64,000 bases of DNA, taken from positions 32,001 through 96,000 of IMG/VR virus record IMGVR_UViG_3300033146_003848; one strand, 5' to 3'. This DNA is from a virus. Under the pieces are notes generated by a model. That model ran no database searches and was not told where the DNA came from. It saw only the letters and a program-made list of their open reading frames with translations. The first letter of the stretch is position 1. The number at the start of each line of letters is the position of its first letter. The translations under genes and the position numbers were made by a program. Below are positions 18,185-27,500 of this stretch, piece by piece.

Positions 18185-19378
18185 TTAACCACAATTGAAA
18201 TATCTCTGTATAAATTGCAAGAAGTTTTTATCAATACACATGGACTTGATAGGTTCATCGCTATTTTTCGCTACTGGAAATCCATTAATGCGTTGTAATT
18301 TGATAACTATACTTGTCGGAGTCACTGAATCAAAATCATGACTCAAATGCGTTCCAATTCCATAAGATGTTTTTATTTTCCCATAAAAATGTTTAAATAA
18401 TTCAATAGATCGTTTCATTGTTAAGGCATCACTGAATACAATTGTTTTATTCAGTGTATCTAGATTTAATGATTTATAATGTCTCAAAGTTTTTTCTCCA
18501 AACTCAATTGGACATCCACTATCATGTCGAACTCCATCGTATAATTTAGATAATTTTAATCCAAAGTCCTTATAAAATTGATCTGTGGATATTGTATCAG
18601 TTAACGCTATTCCTAAATTCCCATCATAAAATTCAGCCCACACATTCAACATATCTCTCTGAAAGGTTGCTATAGGATGCAATGCTTGTCCAGCCATAAT
18701 ATATTCATGAGCAAACGTTCCTATAATGGGAATATTATTTGTGAGTCCAATATAAACGTTAGATGTTCCGTTGAAGTTTTTATTATTTCCTATAATATTC
18801 AATCTCTTATTAAATTCTGTTACCATTTCATTTTGCCATTTGAAATTAATTCGTCGTCTTGTCCCAAAATCTGCAAATTTAAAATCAGGATCATTCAAAT
18901 CATGAATCATTTGAATTTTTGCATCTAATTTTTTGATGCCCTCATTATATAAAATATCCCAATTATATAAAGACTGATGCTTAGTTACAATTTCCGAAAC
19001 TATCGCTAAGATCATTGTTTCATAAAGAATAGTTCTTGACCATAATCCTTTAATTTGAATTTTCAATTGTCCATCTCTATCCACACTAACTTCAACTTCA
19101 TCTTCAGGATGAAATTTAAAATCAAGTAGGAAATTAACATACTCTTTTTTTAATAGAGGCAACTTTTCCAATAATAAAGAATATTCCTCAGTTGTAAGTC
19201 TTAAATTGCCCAATTTATTTATCTCTTCTCTAATCGGAGATAAATATTTTGCTAAATTAACATCAACATCTCTACACTTAAAGTGATATTCAGCAACTTC
19301 CTTTGGATACTTAAAGAACACTAATTGTCCCATTGTTAATTTATAGTAATCTAAATCTAATAATGATTTTATTATCAT
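18185..19378 (-). CDS. pncB: Nicotinate phosphoribosyltransferase
   Basis: SLLDLDYYKLTM, DFGTRRR, GTFAHE (phospho-His), LTDT, GVRHDSG, IVFSD, GIGT, PVAKNSD. Confidence 0.95.
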   Translation of the reverse strand: MIIKSLLDLDYYKLTMGQLVFFKYPKEVAEYHFKCRDVDVNLAKYLSPIREEINKLGNLRLTTEEYSLLLEKLPLLKKEYVNFLLDFKFHPEDEVEVSVDRDGQLKIQIKGLWSRTILYETMILAIVSEIVTKHQSLYNWDILYNEGIKKLDAKIQMIHDLNDPDFKFADFGTRRRINFKWQNEMVTEFNKRLNIIGNNKNFNGTSNVYIGLTNNIPIIGTFAHEYIMAGQALHPIATFQRDMLNVWAEFYDGNLGIALTDTISTDQFYKDFGLKLSKLYDGVRHDSGCPIEFGEKTLRHYKSLNLDTLNKTIVFSDALTMKRSIELFKHFYGKIKTSYGIGTHLSHDFDSVTPTSIVIKLQRINGFPVAKNSDEPIKSMCIDKNFLQFIQRYFNCG

Positions 19379-19387
19379 AATAATCTC

Positions 19388-19888
19388 CTAATGATTCATT
19401 GTTTCTAATATTTTTGTGATAATATGATGACACTCATTCATAGTGGGCATTTTATATATATCAACATTATTGTTTTTATTATTCGATATATACCAAATCT
19501 CTAACGAAACAGTCTCATCAACATCCAATAAATCATTATTGGATTCAATCTTACACCATGCCCATTGAATTTGATTGAGATTGATGATAGCATTGTTAAT
19601 TAGCATAGGATTCAAATCAGAACTCTTAGTAGTAAGCATTACGACCTTTTCAATATCAATCGGAGTTGTTACTATATTCGACGTAGTCTCTAAATGTTTT
19701 TGAACCACATCTTTAAATTCAGATGATAATTTACCTGATGATATCGTTTTATCGATATACGAACTAACCTCATCGTTTGCCATCTCAACCACATACTCTC
19801 GACTCAATAATGCCCATATAGTAACGATAAACATTATCACATTGATAATTGCTAATCCACGAATTACAGACATTGAGATGTTCATCAT
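19388..19888 (-). CDS. Membrane-anchored hypothetical protein
   Basis: N-terminal TM helix; lies between pncA and pncB. Confidence 0.65.
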   Translation of the reverse strand: MMNISMSVIRGLAIINVIMFIVTIWALLSREYVVEMANDEVSSYIDKTISSGKLSSEFKDVVQKHLETTSNIVTTPIDIEKVVMLTTKSSDLNPMLINNAIINLNQIQWAWCKIESNNDLLDVDETVSLEIWYISNNKNNNVDIYKMPTMNECHHIITKILETMNH

Positions 19889-20514
19889 TTGACTCCTAAA
19901 CCAGCAGTTTTGATTAGTTTAACTCCATGAGACACCCACTTATCTATCGCAGAAATGCTCTTTACTTCTTTTATCGCATCGGTAATTACTATCACATCTA
20001 CATCTCGAAGTTTCGTGAATTCCATAACAATTTCATCCACACAATAATCAGTAGCAACACCGTAAACATAAATTCTTTCAGGATGAATTGCCGAAACTAT
20101 TCTGCTAGTATTGATGTTACCTTTGAATGCATTACGATGATCCTTTCTTATGACTATATTCCGACTCAATAGTATATTTAAAATCTCTCGATTAGAATAT
20201 TCTTTTTCCCATTCGCAAATCGAAAGACTAGCATTTAAATATGTTGCAACTTCTGGGATAAATTCCGCTAATTCTGTATTTTGCATCCCATGCTTTGGGA
20301 AAGTATTTACAAAATCAGGAGTATTAGATATCTCCTCAGTATCCTCATTATGCCAATCTTGAGTATTAATGACTTGAATTCCTCTTCGATTAAAGTATTT
20401 AGTTAATCGATTCAAATTAGGAATAATGTCTTCGGCTTTTGGAACATATAGTCCACCATTCGTATACATAAAGTCTCCTGTGGTATCCACATTCCACGCA
20501 ATTGTCTTTTTCAT
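19885..20514 (-). CDS. pncA: Nicotinamidase (isochorismatase family)
   Basis: VDTTGDF (catalytic Asp), QDWH and FPKH (metal ligands), IRKD (Lys), GVATDYCV (catalytic Cys). Confidence 0.9.
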   Translation of the reverse strand: MKKTIAWNVDTTGDFMYTNGGLYVPKAEDIIPNLNRLTKYFNRRGIQVINTQDWHNEDTEEISNTPDFVNTFPKHGMQNTELAEFIPEVATYLNASLSICEWEKEYSNREILNILLSRNIVIRKDHRNAFKGNINTSRIVSAIHPERIYVYGVATDYCVDEIVMEFTKLRDVDVIVITDAIKEVKSISAIDKWVSHGVKLIKTAGLGVK

Positions 20515-20529
20515 CTTAAATCTCCTTTA

Positions 20530-20718
20530 TCACTTAACTCTATTACAACATTTCTCATACAACTCGCACGGTTGACATGCTAAGATTTGAACTGGAGCAT
20601 TTGGACAGTTATTAAATCCACAATAACAAACTATTGGCTCCTCTCTCACACCATCATGTATTCCTATTTCAACTTTAGAATTACATTTCGGACAACGAAC
20701 TTCCTTGTAAACAATCAT
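20530..20718 (-). CDS. Small Cys-rich zinc-binding protein
   Basis: CPKC...CYC...C...CQPC...CC. Confidence 0.6.
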   Translation of the reverse strand: MIVYKEVRCPKCNSKVEIGIHDGVREEPIVCYCGFNNCPNAPVQILACQPCELYEKCCNRVK

Positions 20719-20984
20719 TAATTCACCTCAACTAATCGATTAACCTCATTATAATTACTCCAAAACGATTTATCAAACTCAACTTCAATTTGCGAATCTT
20801 TAGGTTGACCTTCACTGTAGAATCGAAATCGAAAATCCTCTTCACTCATACAAACCAAATTATTAAACCCATCATCATCCTTTTTCCTATATATCAAAAT
20901 TAGATGATGACTATCAGTTACTAAATTAATTCCTGTGAAAAGAACTTGAACAACTTCATCAGTTTCTCTATTTACAAAATACAT
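20718..20984 (-). CDS. Hypothetical protein (DUF1653-like SH3 pattern)
   Basis: GAGGA RBS; VQVLFTG...ILIYR...CMSEEDF. Confidence 0.55.
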   Translation of the reverse strand: MYFVNRETDEVVQVLFTGINLVTDSHHLILIYRKKDDDGFNNLVCMSEEDFRFRFYSEGQPKDSQIEVEFDKSFWSNYNEVNRLVEVN

Positions 20985-21016
20985 ATCAATTCCTCTAAAT
21001 CATTATCACTACAAAT

Positions 21017-21045
21017 AATATATCACATTGCTGATATAATGTCAA
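21017..21045 (-). promoter_or_regulatory. sigma70-type promoter heading the pncA-pncB-nadE operon
   Basis: TTGACA-N17-TATATT with TG. Confidence 0.75.
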
Positions 21046-21116
21046 ATAATAAATAGAGGAATTAATCCAGAAGAAGTTTTAATATTTTAAATATAAAATG
21101 AATCTTTTTTTGATAT

Positions 21117-21761
21117 TCACATTTCCAAATGAGACATCCACTCATCCATCATCGGCAATTCATTACGTAATGTTTCACAAAAAAATACCCATTCTTCCAT
21201 TTTATGATTCTTTCTATTTGCATACATGGTGAAAAACACTTCATAATTTAAAGTAGTCGTTCTGATGTATCTAAATGACGATGGGATATTATCAATCATT
21301 GTTCTCCAAAGATGCTTCAAGTTCTCCGTCGACATCTTATTTTCCTTTGCATCAATGTAAAATCCAATATGCATATTTAATCTATCTAATATTTGCAAGT
21401 CTATATTATCATTAAAATCACTCGGAGTCAGAAGTCTTTTCCCTAAAGTGTGCATTTGAGAAGTTGAATTCTTCACAGTATGCAAATATGTATCAAATTC
21501 ATCAAAAAATTTCAGTCCAGCATTAATATCGACTCCAATGTGAATGTGTCTTAAAAACTTGCGATGTGATGGTCCTGCCTTAATTAATCGCTTTGCTGTC
21601 ACATTATCGTTTAATCCAAGATTATAAAGAATTAATCCATACATATCTTTAAATGATGAATCATTCTTTTCCCAACTTTGAAGAGGATTTCTCATTCCTC
21701 TCAACGCATCTTCCCAACCATAAGCCTTTAGATGAGTTAATTCTATATAATTATTTTTCAT
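21117..21761 (-). CDS. Conserved phage protein, distant ThyX-like
   Basis: GWEDALRGMRNPLQSW, HRKFLRHI, EFDTY, NSTSQMH, RKNHKMEEW..FC; canonical RHR motif absent. Confidence 0.5.
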   Translation of the reverse strand: MKNNYIELTHLKAYGWEDALRGMRNPLQSWEKNDSSFKDMYGLILYNLGLNDNVTAKRLIKAGPSHRKFLRHIHIGVDINAGLKFFDEFDTYLHTVKNSTSQMHTLGKRLLTPSDFNDNIDLQILDRLNMHIGFYIDAKENKMSTENLKHLWRTMIDNIPSSFRYIRTTTLNYEVFFTMYANRKNHKMEEWVFFCETLRNELPMMDEWMSHLEM

Positions 21762-21833
21762 AACCTGCCCTATTAAATTATTCTCATACTATATTATATC
21801 ATAATATGAGATTATTGAGTTAATTAAATGACC

Positions 21834-22502
21834 TTATATTTTAACAGTGACCACTAGAAGTCCTTGCTGAAAATGATTGAATATTTGATTTGATCTTAAA
21901 CTTTTAGGTAACTGAATGAGAGTTTCATAATCTCTATCAGAAATGAGTTGAAACCCTTCCATCTTCATAGAAGCAGATATACTTAATACTCCACTGATAT
22001 TATCATAACTCATTTTCACATCTTCTCTTGTAGAGCCCGGTAACGAAATAGTAATAATTTCACTATCATCTTTGGAAAAATGAGAGACATCAGTATTTGA
22101 ACTAATTGTTGCCCAAACTGGAACCTTGGATGACTCAACATGAACATCATTATTCTGACTATGAGAAGTATCACAATCACTACAGTTACAGTTACAGTTA
22201 CAGTTACATCTAGCATCAACGTTCCCATTGATATTATTTATGAATTTTTCAATGTTCCATTTCTCTTTGATTTTACTTAGAGATCCTCCTGCTGACAAAA
22301 TCTCATCAAATGCTTTAATTTTTTCTGAAATCGATAGATTTTCTAGTACTGAGCCTATTTTTGTTTTATCTAATTCAGACATCTTCTCTTTGATTTCCTC
22401 ATGTAGTTCAGCGATTTGAGTTTTAAATGTTTTCGATAGTTCTTCACCACCAGACATTTTAACTATCGATTCTAAACTTTCAAATAAATTCTGTAATGAC
22501 AT
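21834..22502 (-). CDS. Hsp20/alpha-crystallin domain protein with (CN)n linker
   Basis: C-terminal ISLPGSTREDVKMSYD...LSISA...IQLP...FQQGLLVVTV. Confidence 0.7.
   Translation of the reverse strand: MSLQNLFESLESIVKMSGGEELSKTFKTQIAELHEEIKEKMSELDKTKIGSVLENLSISEKIKAFDEILSAGGSLSKIKEKWNIEKFINNINGNVDARCNCNCNCNCSDCDTSHSQNNDVHVESSKVPVWATISSNTDVSHFSKDDSEIITISLPGSTREDVKMSYDNISGVLSISASMKMEGFQLISDRDYETLIQLPKSLRSNQIFNHFQQGLLVVTVKI
22181..22208. repeat. Hexanucleotide tandem repeat (TACAGT)x4.7 encoding CNCNCNCNC
   Basis: Direct reading of the sequence. Confidence 0.9.
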
Positions 22503-22585
22503 AATACGATCCTCTTATATAAAATAATAAAAATACTCTAAAGTATATCATAAAACAATCATTTTAGCAAATTTAATTTTTGAAA

Positions 22586-23128
22586 TTAATCGAGGTCTAA
22601 TTTGTCCTCAGATGAATTGTCGTTTGATTTAATTTCAGTGTCGGATTCATCAGTTTGACTATCGGTAGTATCATTAGTCTCTGATTCGTCCGATTCGTCG
22701 GATTCAGTATCAGGTTGATTAATTCGATTAACTACGTCTCGCATCATCTCCGTCATATCTGAAATGAATGATTTTTTGGAAATAACTAAATCGAGCAACT
22801 TGAATAGTTTTGAATCATTGTCGTCACCAATAATGAAGAAATTTTCTTTAGTGTTAATTCTAGGAGATATTTTAAATGCACTATCGAAGATTAAATTAAC
22901 ATATTTTTCATTAGTAACATATAAATTAATAATATATGTTGATATATCATCTTTATGATTCCATTTAACAGATGTTTGAAGCAATTCTATATCATGCTCC
23001 TTAACGAACTCAACGATCGCTTTTCCTAACTCAGTTTCCACTTTAGTAGTTTTATTTTCATATTCTACAAAATACGATTGAGTTGCCGCAACAACTATTT
23101 CTTTAATTTCACTAAGTTTTAAATCCAT
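22586..23128 (-). CDS. Hypothetical protein with acidic tail
   Basis: DTESDESDESETNDTTDSQTDESD tail. Confidence 0.7.
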   Translation of the reverse strand: MDLKLSEIKEIVVAATQSYFVEYENKTTKVETELGKAIVEFVKEHDIELLQTSVKWNHKDDISTYIINLYVTNEKYVNLIFDSAFKISPRINTKENFFIIGDDNDSKLFKLLDLVISKKSFISDMTEMMRDVVNRINQPDTESDESDESETNDTTDSQTDESDTEIKSNDNSSEDKLDLD

Positions 23129-23580
23129 TATAATGCCTTTTTAATAGTTTCCATTCTCTGTTTAAACAATTGAGCATCGTAATCCTCAGACTCATCTTCC
23201 CCAGGGTTCACAATAACTTCATCTTTATGTCCATCATTAGGTGGAATATTTATAACTTTAGTATCAACGGGCTCAGATTTAAAAGATATATCTTTAGCAT
23301 CAACTTCTTTAGGTTTAACTCTCATAGGACATTCAGATGGCATATCATACTTTTTGATTGCTCTTCTAGGAATTTCCACTTTATTTCCCATCATTCCAAT
23401 TTCTTTACTAGAAGATATATTATGTCCTTTTAATGTGGGATCAATTGCGATTACTTCCATTTCATCAGATAAACTTTCATACATTGAAAATAACGCTTTC
23501 AAATCTCGTTTACATTCATTATTGATTTTAGTGGTATCAATTATAATATGTTCACCAGACTGTATTTTTATAAGTTTCAT
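23128..23580 (-). CDS. Hypothetical protein
   Basis: GGAG RBS, 150 aa. Confidence 0.65.
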   Translation of the reverse strand: MKLIKIQSGEHIIIDTTKINNECKRDLKALFSMYESLSDEMEVIAIDPTLKGHNISSSKEIGMMGNKVEIPRRAIKKYDMPSECPMRVKPKEVDAKDISFKSEPVDTKVINIPPNDGHKDEVIVNPGEDESEDYDAQLFKQRMETIKKAL

Positions 23581-23721
23581 TTATAACTCCATTAAATAAT
23601 AAATATTCATGTTTTATTTATGATTTCGGAGGATTTCTCAATGTTTATGTGGTTATTTGGGATAATGACAGGGTTAGTATTTATTTTAGTATATATTACC
23701 TTTCCACCAAGTGTGAATTAT

Positions 23722-24756
23722 TTACGACGAAAAAAATAATTTTTTGTTAGTAGATACATATTTAAATTCACGAACTCGCATTCCACCAGCACCTCGATGT
23801 CCACCACCATTATAATAATTAAAAATTGGAGTCAAATCAACATCTTCCTTTTCAGAATAAAGACTTACCGACCATAAATTCTTTTTGCCTGAATACACAA
23901 AACATCCAACATAATCATGTTTATCCCAATCAACAGAATCTTCAAAAATCAAACTTCCACCAATTCCTTGATTTAAAAATAACCCTAATCCAATATGTTC
24001 AAATCCTGAAATTTGCCCTTCGAATCCATATGCATTCACTAATTGACGATTTCTCTCCTTGTGACTAGCATATATTAGTGCTCCATCATAATCAAAATCC
24101 TCAATCATTTCCGTGATTTTATCGGAAGAATCACATGCTTCATCGATCAAATTCCAGAACTTTAATCCTGCTTCAGTTGATGGATCAGTATTTAATGCAG
24201 AAAACGCAAAATTCATATTCAAAGCCTCTGTCCATAATATAGAATCACTTTTATCGAATCTATCGTATATATCAATACAATCAACAAATCGTTGTAAATT
24301 ATCCCAATATGTTTCACCTAACTTTTTTCCCAATTCAGTACGATTTCTTTTAATCCAATTGAAAGTATGACGACATCCTGCAAATTCTTCTCCTCTATCT
24401 CCAGGAACATCGAATCCTTCCATTTCATCTAACACAGTAATATGATGATCCATCCACAGCATCTTACCTTTAACTTTATTTTTAACATATTCCATATCTT
24501 CCTTTGGGAAAGAGCAATCTACTAAAATAACCATATCTTGAGGTTCAATTTGATTCTCATTAATATAAAATCCATAATTATATCTATGCATCATAACTCT
24601 AAAATCTTTAAATGGATTCTTCACAAAGGCATTTTCAAATGCCCACTTAATTAACCATCCTGATGTAAATCCATCCATATCGCTTTGATGAAAGTAACAA
24701 TGAATCACATTCTGTCTCGCTTTTCTCATTTTATTCTCCTTTGTTCTCAGTTTCAT
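23722..24756 (-). CDS. DHH/DHHA1 phosphoesterase (phage type)
   Basis: HQSDMDG, VDCS, WMDHH, GGGHRGAGG. Confidence 0.9.
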   Translation of the reverse strand: MKLRTKENKMRKARQNVIHCYFHQSDMDGFTSGWLIKWAFENAFVKNPFKDFRVMMHRYNYGFYINENQIEPQDMVILVDCSFPKEDMEYVKNKVKGKMLWMDHHITVLDEMEGFDVPGDRGEEFAGCRHTFNWIKRNRTELGKKLGETYWDNLQRFVDCIDIYDRFDKSDSILWTEALNMNFAFSALNTDPSTEAGLKFWNLIDEACDSSDKITEMIEDFDYDGALIYASHKERNRQLVNAYGFEGQISGFEHIGLGLFLNQGIGGSLIFEDSVDWDKHDYVGCFVYSGKKNLWSVSLYSEKEDVDLTPIFNYYNGGGHRGAGGMRVREFKYVSTNKKLFFSS

Positions 24757-25765
24757 AATCCTCTTTCAGAATTAATCTAAATAATTGCTCACAAGTGATT
24801 TCCCAAAATTTATTCTTGAGTGAATCGGTAACCATATTACTCCAAACATTCAATGGAACCTTTGCTCCACCCTTTTCTATTTTACCCCCTCCAAAATCAC
24901 CAAATATATTTTGCATTAAATCTTTAACATCAACTGTAGTATTAATGGTTCGAATTGAAACTTCTAATGTATCATTATCAGTTATACAAAATATAACTGT
25001 TGTAGAAACGGTCTCCATTCTCAAATAATCCTCGGCTAAAATAGCAATAACATCTCTTTGTGATCTTGGAATATATCCTACTCCTCCTACAAAAATCCCA
25101 TTTTTCTCCATGAAATTATTCTTATCTTTTAGTAGATTTCGTTTCTCAAACACATATCTCGGAACTGGATAATTCATAATTCGTTGAACTTTTTCTTTAT
25201 TCATATGATGAATTAAACTTTCATATGCTTTAAAATCTTCTGCTATCATTGATTCGGATAATAAATCTTTAGTGTCAGTTCTTATCCCTAAGAGTAATGC
25301 TGTAGCAATATCTTCATGTAAATCCCATTCAATACCTAGAGAATTAAGAATTTCCCACATGATAGTTGAACATGCTCCATATTTAGGTTCATTTATTACA
25401 TATTCACAATTTTTAACTGAATTACTATGATGATCGATAATCATAAAAGCAGTATCTATACCTGAATTCTTAGGAGTACAATCAACACAAATATTTTTCC
25501 CTTGTAAACTAGAATCTCCAATCTTAGTTAAAGATAGTGCTAATGATATTTGCATAGTTTTATTTTGAGGATGACTAATTTCTCCAGTATAAAACATTTC
25601 ATTATCAATTTGACAACTTTTTAAATACTCTTGTAATGCAAATGCAGTTGCCATACTGTCTGGATCAGGCATATAATGTAATATAATATTTACATTATCT
25701 CCATCATCCTTGATCTTTTGAATTGCAAGATTAAAAGTTTCAATATTTGTCATATTAATCTCCAA
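24731..25765 (-). CDS. DHH/DHHA1 phosphoesterase (NrnA/pAp/c-di-NMP phosphodiesterase-like)
   Basis: HYMPDPDSMA, VDC, IDHH, GIRTDT, VSIRT, GGGKIEKGGA. Confidence 0.88.
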   Translation of the reverse strand: MEINMTNIETFNLAIQKIKDDGDNVNIILHYMPDPDSMATAFALQEYLKSCQIDNEMFYTGEISHPQNKTMQISLALSLTKIGDSSLQGKNICVDCTPKNSGIDTAFMIIDHHSNSVKNCEYVINEPKYGACSTIMWEILNSLGIEWDLHEDIATALLLGIRTDTKDLLSESMIAEDFKAYESLIHHMNKEKVQRIMNYPVPRYVFEKRNLLKDKNNFMEKNGIFVGGVGYIPRSQRDVIAILAEDYLRMETVSTTVIFCITDNDTLEVSIRTINTTVDVKDLMQNIFGDFGGGKIEKGGAKVPLNVWSNMVTDSLKNKFWEITCEQLFRLILKEDYETENKGE

Positions 25766-26075
25766 GTATTATTTTTCCATTGCTCAGTGTAAATTTAGAA
25801 AGTTGAGTTTTTATTAGTTCTCTATTGGACTCCAACGATTGATTTATTTGAGTTAGATTCCCTTTTAAGTCTCGGATATCATTCTCATAACAAAAGGAAA
25901 CTAATTGATGTAAATTCCCAAAATAACTTATTTCTTTCCATTTCTCCTCACAAAGATCTCCTTTATACTTTCCTTTTTTAATGATATGTTCAGGGACTTT
26001 TTCTTCTAAAATAAAATTATATTTATCCGATGTAAATCTAAAATGGTCATTGATGTTGATGTATTCTCTACTCAT
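25755..26075 (-). CDS. Hypothetical protein (DUF5405-like)
   Basis: FRFTSDKYNFILEEK...WKEISYFGNLHQL. Confidence 0.55.
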   Translation of the reverse strand: MSREYININDHFRFTSDKYNFILEEKVPEHIIKKGKYKGDLCEEKWKEISYFGNLHQLVSFCYENDIRDLKGNLTQINQSLESNRELIKTQLSKFTLSNGKIILGD

Positions 26076-26157
26076 TTTCTTCTCCGTATTAAAAATAACA
26101 AATATACTTAATAATATATCATAAATGAGTATTTTTTAATAATAAAAGAAACCTTTA

Positions 26158-26454
26158 TTATTTTAATCCAGTTATAATATGAGAAATTTCTTTAACTGAA
26201 TAATTTCGTTTTAATAGGATTTTATATGCATTAATATAAAATTTTGTTCGTTTTTTTAAAAAAGGTGATGCTTCAGATGTTATAGTTAATATTCCTATTA
26301 TTAAATTCTCATTTACCTCTGAGTAATCTAAACTTAATAAATTATCTATTTCAGAATATTTATGTTCAATGGATAATTCATTCAATGTATTAAAAATATA
26401 ATCCATGGAATCATCTAAATTATTCATTTCATTTATTTTTTCTATAAAATTCAT
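26158..26454 (-). CDS. Hypothetical protein
   Basis: First gene of the minus block at the divergent junction. Confidence 0.6.
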   Translation of the reverse strand: MNFIEKINEMNNLDDSMDYIFNTLNELSIEHKYSEIDNLLSLDYSEVNENLIIGILTITSEASPFLKKRTKFYINAYKILLKRNYSVKEISHIITGLK

Positions 26455-26618
26455 TTTCTTCTCTTTCTTATTGGTTATTAATATAATATATCACATTTAT
26501 TTATTATTATTAAAAAATATTTTCATATTTCAGAAGGACTAATTATTTTAATTAAATTTGTGAATAATTAATTTATATGATATATTATATTAACTATTAT
26601 TTATTTTAGGAGAATAAA

Positions 26619-26831
26619 ATGGAAGTATTTTTAATTATTACTTATTTATCCATTAGTCTTTTTGTAGCATTTATTCAAGCAACTTTAATTAAAAAAGGAA
26701 AAATATCTACTTCTTTCGAATTAAATAAAGAAGATTTAGCCATAACAATAATTATAACAAGTATATTGTGGATAGTATATATTCCATTTAAAATATTAGT
26801 AGTTTTAATTAAAAATATATTAATTGGATAA
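26619..26831 (+). CDS. Small two-TM membrane protein
   Basis: AGGAG RBS, two hydrophobic helices. Confidence 0.65.
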   Translation: MEVFLIITYLSISLFVAFIQATLIKKGKISTSFELNKEDLAITIIITSILWIVYIPFKILVVLIKNILIG

Positions 26832-26921
26832 AAATAATATGAATTCGTGTAGATATTGTATTCATTTATCAATTGAGAAGGAACCATTTGATGACATTAA
26901 CACTTTAGAAATTAATACTAA

Positions 26922-27500
26922 ATGCTCAAAGTTCATATTAAAAGAGAAACAATGAAATTATTATTTTTAGATATAGATGGAGTATTAAATTCACATTACT
27001 CCTTAGATGAACTAATTAAGATTGATGCTCCAGAGATATTATATAATGCTCCATTTCAAGAGCATGTTAAATGGTTAAATTTTATAATTGAACAAACGAA
27101 TGCTCAAGTGGTCATATCATCAACATGGAGACAAAATAATAATTTCTATCTTCATATGATTTTAGCGTTAGCGGGATATAAATATGATATTTTTGGACAT
27201 ACACCTAGAATGAGAGGAGTTGAGCGAGGAGATGAAATTAAAATGTTCATAGAGTGGATATCAGAAGATGGAATTTCTCAATATAAAGAGACTTATATTG
27301 AATATTTTAATTTCAATCGAGACAATAAAGATATAAATTTCAATGTAGATTCATTTGTAGTTTTAGATGATGATACTGATATGAGTGCAGTGAGAGATAA
27401 TTTTGTACTAGTGAATAATTATTTAGGATTAAATGAAGAAAATGCAAAGTTAGCAATATCAATTTTAAACAAAGAGGGAAGTCATGAAGAAAGATGTTAG
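26922..27500 (+). CDS. HAD-domain protein (Swiss-Army-knife RNA-repair-like HAD)
   Basis: LFLDIDGVLN, VVISSTWR, RGDEI, FVVLDDD. Confidence 0.85.
   Translation: MLKVHIKRETMKLLFLDIDGVLNSHYSLDELIKIDAPEILYNAPFQEHVKWLNFIIEQTNAQVVISSTWRQNNNFYLHMILALAGYKYDIFGHTPRMRGVERGDEIKMFIEWISEDGISQYKETYIEYFNFNRDNKDINFNVDSFVVLDDDTDMSAVRDNFVLVNNYLGLNEENAKLAISILNKEGSHEERC

Noticed and set aside
14755-20514. Calling the NAD genes NARP1/NARP2 or a host chromosomal operon
   Set aside because: No PRPP-synthetase-like Adps; the PRTase is PncB-type and accompanied by PncA and NadE; the genes are interspersed with small phage-like ORFs
21117-21761. Assigning the symbol thyX
   Set aside because: The canonical RHRx7SxR motif is absent; only distant resemblance
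26455-26618. Very AT-rich divergent junction as a replication origin
   Set aside because: No iterons or other origin evidence; explained by back-to-back promoters
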